Source of the DNA: Nymphaea colorata | Taxonomy: Eukaryota | Direction: 5' to 3' | Assembly: GCF_008831285.2 (NCBI RefSeq) | Contig: NC_045138.2 | Coordinates: forward strand, 36,580,001-36,644,000 | DNA length: 64,000 bases | Shown here: positions 53,101 through 64,000 of the stretch, piece after piece | Layout: every line of letters begins with the position of its first letter | Numbering within the stretch: the first letter of the stretch is position 1 | Translations under genes and position numbers: made by a program | Notes under the pieces: model-generated | Databases searched by the model: none | What the model was told of the DNA's origin: nothing | Seen by the model: only the letters and a program-made list of their open reading frames with translations

Positions 53101-55469
53101 AATGATGTTATTGGCAGCGGCTGACAGTATGGCCTTTTCCAACGCTAAAGCCACAAAAGGGTAAGGGCAACCTTGATTATCCTTTTAGGATAGGAGTCGC
53201 TGCTTATAATGTTATTGGCAACGTCATTGTGGCAAGACCAAATAGTGATGTTTGTTGTAGTTATATACAATGCCATGGATGAGATGGTGAAAGGCGAAGA
53301 TCCATGAGACTTACATGGACGAAAATTGGGCAAAAGAACAAAACGCCATTAATATACTGAACATGATGTTTGAAAGCAGTTGGGTGAGGAATCTCTGCCT
53401 CCAATGCGAACCGGAAGGGATCCGTCTCTGCGATTGCCATGCAGACGTGAAAGCATCTGCGTGAACTGTTCGAAGACTGAAATCAAGCCGAAGCCATGAA
53501 TATATGAGAGAGAGAGAGAGAGAGTCCAACTTCACTTACAAGTGATAAAAGATTTATAGAGCGACAGATGGGCAAGACCTCAAGGGTCCAACTACTCTCT
53601 CGTTCTTTCTCTGAACTCTCGCACCGGATGCTGGCAACATCAACGACTGCTGGTCCTTTTCACGTACAAATCTCTTTCAACCAACTTGTTTACGATTGAG
53701 ATATATATAAAATCGTATACAAAGTGACGGATCCCTTTCTCTCTCTCTCTCTCTCTCTCATGCACAATGGCATCAGATTATGTAACAGCCAATTTCTCTA
53801 TTGTTATTATTATTGTTGTTGCTACTATTATATTATATTACAGATGTCGGCCTGCTTTATGGTGCAGGTGGTTGGTCAATTTGGAACCGTTAAATGACGT
53901 TAGCATATCACAGCTCGTGAGGAAGCCAGACAATCATATAATTTTGCAAATAGATTTTCGACAGTCCAATTACAATGCATTCCACTTGCCTATGACAAAT
54001 ATACTGAAACCTATACTACTTGGGGTAAGATCCGTTCGTAGTGATCGTCCGTTTCAAGGAGCCGATCAGGATTATAGTAAAAAAAAAATTAACAAAACAT
54101 AAAAATTATAAAATCTGATGAATCAATAAAAATCAACACACACATACACACGCATTCTCTCTTTCCCTCTCTCTAAATGATCCCAAGTCCCTCACATATA
54201 TACCACAACAAAAAATAAGGCAGCAAAAATCCTCCCTCCCTCTCCCTCTCTACACAAAAAAATGACTAAAATCTACAAAACAATGCATATATGCACTTGC
54301 ACCATCCCTAATGACCTCCATGAGTGGATGAGCAACGACACAGTATAGTAGGCGTTAGCGGAAAGGGGAGTAGGCAGGCCTGGGCCATAATCTTTTACCA
54401 GAGCTCTCTACCACTCCATTACACATACATACCCATAGACATATATATAAGGCAAATACATGGTGCTGTGTAAAGATTCTTCCAACCCATCGGGCTTATA
54501 CACACGCAACCCCAGAATGGAGGAATCCACATTTTCTATAAAAGATAGATCTGGATTTATATATTTATATAGTAAATAAAGATTCCTTCACCCTCAAGTT
54601 ACAAAATCCCAATCAACAACCCTTTCCTGTCCTGTCTGTTCACACGCTGACCCGGGTATCGGTATTTGAGTTTTTAGACATATTGATCGTTTTGTTATTT
54701 TTGTGAGGCACCATCAAAAGTGAAATTATAAGCTTCTAAAAAGAAATTTCAAAGAAGCAATCCGATTTGTTATACCTTAGGGTTCATCCCTCATAATGCG
54801 TTTGCTTGGAGCATCTCGCTAGTTAAGTCATCCAGATTCCCGAATTTTAGACGACGTTTAATATAAATTAACCTTCTCTTTTATGGATTTTTAGATGTTC
54901 ATTTTATAACCAAATCTTTAATATTGTGGATGTTGATAATTAGTCCCAAAATAATGCAGGTTGTAATTCATTTAAATAAAATTTTAGATTTGTTGAATTA
55001 TCATCTCTTACAGAAGAATCCTGTCTGAACATACATATATCCGGCTAAGCTCAACTAAACAGCAGCACAAGTTGAGCATTGTGCTGCGGCGTGCGCCTCA
55101 GGAATGCATGCTGATTTTTTTTTTTTAATTAAAAAGCTAAAAGAGAAGGCAAAATGATGGGTTTTCCTATCGAGCTTTACTGTTCAATAAAAAAGCCTGG
55201 GACAAACGGGTAGAAATTGGGTCTGTTTCATGCAAGAAAAAAAAAAGAACAAAAAAATTGCTTATAATCGCTGTAATCATCTGTTTGAAGCAGCCAATCA
55301 GGATTATGCTTTTACTTGGACTAACAGTACGGATGGGGATGCTAATGTGGTGACGGGAATTTCACTTTCAAGCTCAGAACCCTCCCGCCATCAACATGAT
55401 CTGATTTCATTAGAATTTGAGAGATGCCACAGGTTCACAAGAGGCAAATCCCCATTTTGGTTTTATTGG

Positions 55470-55472
<3 letters not shown>

Positions 55473-55541
<69 letters not shown>
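55473..55541. repeat. (TA)n microsatellite
   Basis: Directly visible. Confidence 0.95.
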
Positions 55542-55544
<3 letters not shown>

Positions 55545-56531
55545 AAATGTTATTTCATCCAAACCAGACTTTGGGCAGGCCCGACGCCAAATGGTAAGCA
55601 GTCTTTTACCAAGAATCTTCCTTCTGCTGAGACGACACCGAAACTTTTTTCATGAGACTGCTGTTTCTTTGTTGAGCGGAAAATGTCTTGCGAAATATAC
55701 TGCAAATTCTTTGTTTGCTTTCTTTTGGAATATATTGCAAAACTTTTGTGTACTACATATATTTTCAAATTAAAGGTTTCAGGGCACTACTTATAAGATT
55801 TCTCCTCCAAAACAGGACCGCTCTGAAACTAAGAAACGGTTTTGAGAGGAATCAATTTTCATTGATCTGTTGCAGCGTTGAGCAAATGAAAGTTACAAGA
55901 GTCTCATCGCTATAATGTGATTGCAGGAAAAGAACTAATGCCAACTTGAGGTGCATTGTTCAAACGAGTGGGCTGTGACACATAATGCATTATACAATGT
56001 ATTCCAGTTTGATCCATGGGAAAAACAATGTTGTTAACTTAAATGTGATAAGGCAAAACGATATGTTAAGCCGAGGCGATGCATACTAAGGTGAAGTGAT
56101 GCGTAAACATCACGACCAAAATTTGGTTAATAATCTGCGAAACAATATCAATTCAAACTGGAATACATTGAAAAATACATTTTTTGTAAACAAATTCCAA
56201 AAATACACCAACTCTTGAGATATGGATACCTATTGACCAAAATACACCAATTCCTAAAATACACCAATTCAAAAGTGCACTTTTTTTTATAAAAGATTCT
56301 TAAAATCCGCTGATACCACCTTCTTGTTCTTTTTCTTGGGTGCATTGTATTTGCACACAAATCGATCTCTTTCTTCTAACTAACACTGGCGAAGCTGGTG
56401 GACAAAAAGTTAGAAAAATCGGCAAGGTTTGCCACACGAGATGATCACAATGACAAAGTTGCAGCATGCTATTATCCGAATATGATCAGATGTGCGCTCA
56501 ACTGTTAATGACAGATACAGAGGTGACCTCT

Positions 56532-59500
56532 TAAGGGGTTAATGACAGACAGTGGCCAACTCTCCAATTCACCCGCTTTTGCCTTTCCTCTAAGATGGAT
56601 CTCTTTTCCCGCTTTACCGACGTCTGGGTTTCGTGGATTCCTTTTTTTGTCAATCCAACACCTCCACATCCACTGATGAGAGAGTCTCTGCCGTGTGCCT
56701 GCCATTGCTGTCGGTGTGAACATCATTCGAGGATATAAGTTTACATTCGTGTTATATACGCTCCTTCTTTTTATTGTGTAGTTAGATATGCTGACCCTAG
56801 TTGTTAAACTTAATGAGGCGAACTTGGATGATTAGGTTATTGGGTAAGTGAGTTAACTCGTGGTGTTGACTTGTAACCAGGTTTTCTCAGTGATCTTAAA
56901 TTTTCAAGCCAACTCGACAAGTTTGCCAATTATGCTCAACACCCATCAAGGAATTGGGGAGTGATCAATACCCGTCCCAGCCTAGGTCAGCTTGGGTCTT
57001 AGTCGGTCTAGGCACAGCCTTAGCTAACATGCTTTTCCTCTTTTATAGAGGTAAAAGAGGTTTGCACCCTCTTTTATAGAGTGTGGAAGGTGAGAACGGG
57101 AGGGTGGTGTGCCCTCTCCATCAGGTGCTGTCCACATGGAAGTGGGGCCCAAGCATGTGCAAAGTGGGCCCCAGATTTGTACCTGGCGCTCTGAAGAATG
57201 TTTGATCAAGTGGCAAAGGACAGCCCGGAGCCCTTTCCGCTTTGCATGCAATTTGGTGGAACTAATATAACAAATCTTGGATTTGAGAAGCATCAATAAC
57301 TGTCAAGCCAAATTATGTTAAGAAATAAATAAGTAAATAAAATAAACCATTTAGATCGTGTGGGCAATCATACATTTAGGTTTCAACATGGATGAAAAAT
57401 ATCTAATCATTATATCATAATTCAAATTCACAATCCAAATCCGATTTTTAAATTCACATCCGAACCAGATACAAACTGCATTGATATATGTTCATAACTG
57501 ATCTTCAAAATATATGGGCATTGAATATAGGATGTTTACTTAAAAATAGGTATGATCTGAATCTATAACTTGAAAATAACTTAAAAATTATTTTCGATCA
57601 CAATCCAAAAACAACCGGATGTCGTTTCTTATATGTGAATCTGATCCAAATTCTTAATCAAACATCAATTTTTTTTCTGTATCCAATTTTTTTATGCTGT
57701 TCAGATATTGGATGTCAATGTAAATCATCTATTGACATCTCCATTTGTGAATGAGAGACGGCCTCGGGAAGGAGAAGTTATAAATATCATGCAATTGACT
57801 CAGGTGGTTGTCGCTTTCCTACATAAGGGGGAGTGGATTTATTTCTTGCGCCTGACTATTAAGTATGATTCATTTTGTAGTCACCCAAGAGTTTGGCCTT
57901 CATTTATAGGGAGTTTAGGAGGCCTTTTGCTTTATGCTTCATACTCAAGAAACGTCCACCAGCGCGAGTTTCTCTGTCTCACACATTGAGTGAAACTTTC
58001 CCTTCTTCGTTGTGAGCTTCTGGGAGAGCTGTCTCACGCCTCAGATACCAGCTTCCTTGCTTGTATATGCACACCATGTTGAAAGCTTCAATTCGAAGAG
58101 ACAGTATCTCGACGATGAGGATGAGGGCAGGGGCAGAACAGATAACCAGCTTGGGGAGGAAGGTCGCTTGTTTATTGAAAGTTGAAACCTCCATAGGATA
58201 CTTTGGTAATAGAATTCTTCAACCGCCCTACGCCCTACCTAATTTTTCTTGTCTAAGAGCAGCTTTTCTGATACCAATTAGGCTTCCATGAGCTGAAGGA
58301 AAGTACTTCTAGCTATAGGACAACTTTCCGTTCCTTCTCATGGAAGCCTAATTGGTATCAGAAAAGCTGCTCTCAGACAAGAAAAATGAGGTAGGGCGTA
58401 GGGCGGTTGAAGAATTCTATTACCAAAGTATCCTATGAAGGCTTCAACTTTCAATAAACAAGCGACCTTCCTCCCCAAGCTGGTTATCTCTTCTGGCCCT
58501 GCCCTCATCCTCATCGTCGGGAAACTGCCTCTTCGAATTGAAGTTTTCAACATGGTGTTCATATACAAGCAAGGAAGCTGGTATCTAAGGCGTGAGACAG
58601 CTCTCCCAGAAGTTCACAACGAAGAAGGCAAAGTTTCACTCAATGTGTGAGAGAGAAACTCGGCTGGTACAGGCCGACTAAACTCCTTATAAATGAAGGC
58701 CAATCTCTTCGGTGACCACAAAATGAATCATACTTAATAGTCGGGCGCAAGAAATAAATCCACTCCCCCTTATGTAGGGAAGCGACAACCACCTGAGTCA
58801 ATTACATGATATTTATAACTTCTCCTCCCCGAGGCCGTCTCTCATTCACAAATAGAGATGTCAATAGATGATTTACATTCGACATCCAATATCTGAAAAG
58901 CGTAAAAAATTGGATATATAAAAAAAATTGATGTTTGATTAAGAATTTAGATCAAATTCAGATATAAGAAATGACATCCCCGTTGTATTCGGATTCTGAT
59001 CGAAAATAATTTTCAAGTAATAGATTAAGATCATATCTATTTTTAAGTAAACAACCTACATTCAATGCCGATATATTTTGAAAGTCAGTTATTGACATAT
59101 ATCAATACAGTTTGTATTGGTTCGGATGTGAATTAAGAATCGGATTTGGATTGTGAATTTGAATTATGATATAATCATTAGACTTTTTTTCATTCATGTT
59201 GAAACCTAAATATGTGATTGCCCACATCATCTAAATGGTTTATTTTATTTACTTATTTATTTCTTAACATAATTTGGCTTGATACTTATTGATGCTTCCC
59301 AAATCCAAGATTTGTTATATTATTTCCACCAAATTGGATGCAAAGCGGAAAGGGCTCCGGACTGTCCTTTGCCACTTGATCAAACATTCTTCAGAACGCT
59401 AGGTACAAATCTGGAGCCCACTTTCCGTATGCTTGGGCCCCACTGCCATGTGGACAGCACCTGAGGGAGAGGGCCCACCACACTCCCATTCTCACCTTCC

Positions 59501-60081
59501 ACACTCTACAAAAGAGGGTGCAAACCTCTTTTACCTCTATAAAAAAGGTAAAGCCTGTTAGCTAAGGCTGTGCCTAGCGCGACTAAGACCCAAGCTGACC
59601 CAGGCTAGGACGGGCATTGATCACTCCCCAATTCCTTGATGGGTGTTGAGCATAATTGGCAAAACTTGCCGAGTTGGGTTGAGAATTTAAAATCACTAAG
59701 AAAACCTGCTCACAAGTCAAGGTTGGCCCAGCTCATCACGAGTTAACTCGCTTACCCAATAACCTAATCATCTAAGTTCGACTCATTAAGTTTAACAACT
59801 ACGCTCCGCATATCTAACTACACAGTAAAAAAGAAGGAGCGTATATAATATAAGACGAATGTGAATATGATTCCTTGGACAGCAATGGCAGGGACACAGA
59901 AGGGAAGCAGAGACTCTTTCATCAGTGGATGATGACATGTTGTAGAGGTGTTGGATTGACAAAAAAAGGAATCCACGAAACCCAGACGTCGGTAAAGCGG
60001 GAAAGGAGATCCATCGTAGAGGAAAAGCAAAAGCAGGTGAATGAATTGGAGAGTTGGCCACTGTCTGTCATTAACCCCTTA
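56532..60081. repeat. Giant hairpin IR-G: arms 56532-58292 / 58337-60081 (~1.75 kb each), 44-nt loop
   Basis: Outer ends pair as taaggggttaatgacagacagtggcc / ggccactgtctgtcattaacccctta and inner ends as aattaggcttccatgag / ctcatggaagcctaatt. The ORF track shows mirrored ORFs 58061+/58338- and 57979-/58435+. Confidence 0.96.
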
Positions 60082-60382
60082 CAAGCAAAAGGAAGGTCGA
60101 ATCTTAATTTGTCGCTCCATTAGAATTTGTCACTTGTCAGTCGAGTTGCTTTCTATCTATCTAGTCCAACCACCACGGTTGCTTTCACTTTTTGACACTG
60201 AAGATGGTTCTCCATAAGAGATCTGCAACCACAACTCCATCGCTTATTGCGGATTCTGCCGATGTGGTTCGGGATGGCATCACTGTCCGCACTCACTTCC
60301 GTGCATTCTTCCACCTTCACTCTAATGCACTGCTGTGAGAGTGACTTGCACTAACGATACAAAGTGGAAACCAAGTTAGTTC

Positions 60383-60446
60383 AAAGAGATTTGTACGTAA
60401 AAAGGACCGGCAATCGCGAGTGATATTTTTACGTACAAATCTCTTT
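60383..60446. repeat. Perfect 21-bp stem with a 22-nt loop
   Basis: aaagagatttgtacgtaaaaa ... tttttacgtacaaatctcttt. Confidence 0.9.
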
Positions 60447-61282
60447 CCTGACGTTGGCCGCATGCAGCGTCCTGCCTGCCATCAAAGTGCGATCTTGGGA
60501 TTCAGTATCCGACGTAGATGTTACAGAAAAAATTTAATAAAATATATAAATTATAAAATCAGATGAACCAATAAAAATCCACACATATACACACACTCTC
60601 TCTTTCCTTCTCTCTAAAGGGACACTAAGTCCGACACTAAGTCCCTGACATATATACCACAACAAAAAAATAAAGCAGCAAAAATCCTCCATGGGTCGTC
60701 TCTCTCTCTCTACTCACAAACAAATGCCTAAAAACACGATGCATATTATGAAAATTCAATCAGTTAAATGAAGAAAGCTTAATCAAACAGCCACAATAAA
60801 AAGAATTAATGCATGGGAAGCTTAAAACTTAGTTCAATCTATTAATGAACAAAACACAGCAAAACAGTATGGACATTTTATGGTGGATTGAGCTGTGGAC
60901 GCCAGTGAATGAGACATAACCCTCTGTCTAGTAAGAGCTCTCAACCACCATACACTGACACACATACGCATATCGATAAAAATATATATAAGGCATTGGA
61001 GTCCTCCAACCATCTGACCACTACAAATACATGGAGCTGTGTGAAAATTTTTGCACCCATGGAGCCATCCGGCCTACTATACACGCAACCCGAGCCCGAG
61101 GATGGAGGAATCCATATTTTCTATAGAAGATGCAGATTCTTCTACACTCCGACTTAATATATACATAGAAAATAAAGATTCCTCCACCCTCAAGTTGCTT
61201 GTCTAAAAGGCCTCCTGTTGTAAAACAACATTTGAATAATTAATTTTAATAGATCTGATTTTTCTCTTTTATCCAACTGGCA

Positions 61283-61284
<2 letters not shown>

Positions 61285-61371
<87 letters not shown>
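61285..61371. repeat. (TA)n microsatellite
   Basis: Directly visible. Confidence 0.95.
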
Positions 61372-61373
<2 letters not shown>

Positions 61374-61374
<1 letters not shown>

Positions 61375-62205
61375 GGAATAAGCAAAAGGCCATTGACACC
61401 TGCCTTTACTCAAACTCTACAATGCAAGCAAGTTAATCTCCAATGGAGTTAGTGTCTGCCATGTTGATGGACAATCATTAATTCAATATTTTAATTATTT
61501 CAATGCAATAGCAATATCTACTATATGGGGTACCTTTGAAATTAATAGGTCTAAATAACTTAAAGGTAGCCAATCGTATGATGAACAAATATGGTAATTG
61601 TGCTTGTAATATTTGCGTTAATGACAGATATAGAGATGCACTCTTAAAGAGCGTTTTATGGCATGTAATATTTGTTCCATATAAAATTAAAAAAAAAGAA
61701 GACAATTTACCATCGATAAAAAATTTGGCCCATGATTTGCCCAGAATTTATTTCGTCTACATTAAGTCTTCAATACTATTATTTTCAATGTAAAGTTCCA
61801 GTTTCAGTTTTTTGGGAAAAAAAAAAGTCGTTGTTGTTTATAAGATGACGACGCTCTCTAAATATGTAATAGACCATCGTAATACATCAGTTCGACTAGT
61901 TAAGAGAAATTATTTTCCACCTTAATAAGTCTTGAAAACAAGGATGCTTATGGGCCGATGGATGCGACTATTGGAACAAGCAAAAGGACAATGACACTGT
62001 GCCTTTACTCAAACTCTACAATAGAAGCAAGTCAACCTCCATGGAGTTAGTGTCTGCCATATTGATGGACAATCATTAATTCAATATTAATTATTTCAAT
62101 GCAATAGCAATATGGGTACCTTTGAAATTAGTAAGTCTAGATAATTTAAAGGTAGCCGATCGTATAATGAACAAATCTGCTAATTGTACTTGTAATATTT
62201 TCGTT
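61374..62205 (+). repeat. ~240-bp direct repeat (61374-61620 / 61973-62205) within module X
   Basis: aagcaaaagg...gcctttactcaaactctacaat...ggtacctttgaaatta occurs twice. Confidence 0.85.
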
Positions 62206-63259
62206 AGTGTCAAAATAAAAAAAATTAAGAAAAATAAGGAAAACTACTGTGATCAACCTACAAAAAATGGCTTCATTGTTTATTGAATTGTTACTATCGA
62301 GTCATTGTATGCCGCATTAAACATCTCAGTTTTAGTTTTTCTCCCAAAGAATAAATCTCCATGTTGTAGAAAATCAGACCCTCAATCAAATCTGGCAGTA
62401 GGGGGGCCTACTGGCATGGGCCAACCCAATTAAGGAGACTAAAAAGAAGCTTCATTTACTAATCCGGTGGGGCCGACGGTTAGTTTGACATATTCCTGTA
62501 GGTGCTGCTATTCTTTTTGGCATGTGGAGATTTGATAGATCCCTTACTTCATGCCTACATCAAATTTTTGCCTTAGAGATGAGGTTGTTAAAGGTCTGGC
62601 TTCAATGGTCTGGTGGCTAGCGGCAGTGGTATTTAAAATTTCTATTACTCATTTGGGGCTCAAATTATTGCCTTACAGGTTCTGCTTGCTGGCAGGCAGT
62701 GGCATCGTAATATTCAGAAAAACTGAGCCATAGTATTGTAAAACTGAATTGAATCTGCCCATGTGAATCTAGTGACAGTGCCATTAACATTGAGATGGAC
62801 GGTATCTATGTTTTGATCAGTTTCAGCACTATTTTTTTTCTTCTTTTTCTTAGCCTCTTCAACTTCCAAAATACTGCAGTCCACTACACTCTTGGAACTG
62901 CTCCAAATAAAGGACAAACGGTTAGTTAAACCCATGCCAGGTCAATCTATCACAAAATTGCGGCTCAAACAATCATCTCTATTATCATATGACTTCTCAA
63001 TTTGAGTACTCACATGGCAGTGTTACCATGTTCAGCATCCCCAGCACCATGCTCTAGTACACTTTGATCTTGAGAATTAGAAGCATTGTTAGATGCATTA
63101 TCAACAGGCATGTCAGGCCCAGATCCAGGATCCTCCTTCTTCATCCCTTTCTCATTTTTCTTCTTTGATTTCCTACTATTTTCAAGCCTTTTTAAATGAA
63201 TCTCTTTTCCTGCTTGTGTTCACAGAGCATGGTGACAAAACCCAAATAAGTTTGTATAC

Positions 63260-63834
63260 TTCATTGGACGTCATGATGCCATGATAGCGGTGGGAATATA
63301 CTGCAACCTGTAAGTGGTTCTCAAAGCATCCAATCAATCTTGTTAATGAGTATTTTCTGATGCATACTTTGCCTTTCAGTTCTTGAATTCTCATGCTTGG
63401 AACCCCCGTTCTCTTGTATGCATGCAGGGTTCGACACTCTTCAATAATGATCTAGAGAGATAACAAATTAGCAGTTTACATTAGCATCATACTTTCTTGC
63501 TTTGTAGGCCAGCCGAGCAATTCATTTCGAATTTTATTATTCCAAGAATGGTGTGTCAACTGAAGAGAGCATATATGAAATCACATACTATGGAAAGGGA
63601 AGAATGTTGGTGACTACACTAACTGTTTGCTTTTACAGGTTTCTCTCTCTCTAGGGTGTGATATTTAAGTAAGGTTGTTGCTTTTCATTGCAGGGATTTG
63701 GTGAGAAATGCATGCCAAGAGGTCAGCGTACATTCATAGCTAGGCTGCAAAATGGTGAAATCAAACTCCTAGCCATGTTTGTGAAGTTGCAAGGTGACCA
63801 AGGATGGCCGAACATTGAAATTTATAAAGATTGA
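63260..63834 (+). pseudogene. Cytochrome c6A (chloroplast cytochrome c6-like) pseudogene, last four exons: ~63260-63309, 63428-63459, 63547-63609, 63694-63834
   Basis: CHDSGGNILQP | GSTLFNNDLER | NGVSTEESIYEITYYGKGRML | GFGEKCMPRGQRTFIARLQNGEIKLLAMFVKLQGDQGWP matches plant cytochrome c6A. The CxxCH motif is disrupted, the donor at 63460 is AT rather than GT, and the second loop Cys is Arg. Confidence 0.88.
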
Positions 63835-64000
63835 TCTTTGTAGACAAAGGCATTTCTGTAGAAAGGATGGCTTCAAATATTGAATAATATACTATTTATA
63901 CATCTGCTTGATATTGTCGAAAAACCGGAATCTTAGATGCACCACTTCTGGTTCAACATGGCGAACTGGTTTCAGCTTGCTTGTCAACGTTCTTCATTAA

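Larger units (their letters stand above)
43859..61971. repeat. Long-range inverted repeat IR-H: module X at 43859-45347 vs 60482-61971, enclosing IR-E, IR-F and IR-G
   Basis: Ends pair as atagtcgcatccatcggccc / gggccgatggatgcgactat and tacgtcggatact...cactttga / tcaaagtg...agtatccgacgta. Confidence 0.88.

Noticed and set aside
57979..58650. Mirrored 71-76 aa ORF pairs as a sense/antisense or toxin-antitoxin system
   Set aside because: Mirroring follows automatically from the palindrome, and the peptides have no recognisable motif.
11471..62205. CRISPR array, autonomous transposon, or a known conserved miRNA / miR2118 / miR2275 trigger site
   Set aside because: I saw no repeat-spacer periodicity and no transposase, RT or helicase motifs, and recognised no such miRNA or target by eye. 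A miRBase search is still needed.

Overview
This is plant (angiosperm) nuclear DNA. It holds one intact spliced gene, a 5-exon F-box protein gene of the At2g32560/At2g26850 family (+ strand, about 7.6-10.4 kb). The roughly 50 kb downstream (11.5-62.2 kb) has no full-length gene. It is a mosaic of a few re-used sequence modules and gene fragments folded into many nested inverted repeats. The tight hairpins have arms of about 0.22, 0.46, 0.5, 0.45 and 1.75 kb, and there are longer-range inverted pairs as well. The fragments include sense and antisense pieces of an F-box gene of this family (intron 1 to exon 3, and 3' UTR), a truncated extensin, a class III peroxidase pseudogene, and a mitochondrial trnQ fragment inserted at a palindrome apex. 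A cytochrome c6A pseudogene lies at the right end. The best candidate system is a hairpin/siRNA cluster next to, and partly homologous with, the F-box gene; this is inference and needs small-RNA data. The near-identical ~14.5 kb duplication across the 100-N gap (12.8-27.2 kb vs 29.0-43.5 kb) is probably an assembly overlap. Repeat boundaries were read by eye and may be off by a few bases.
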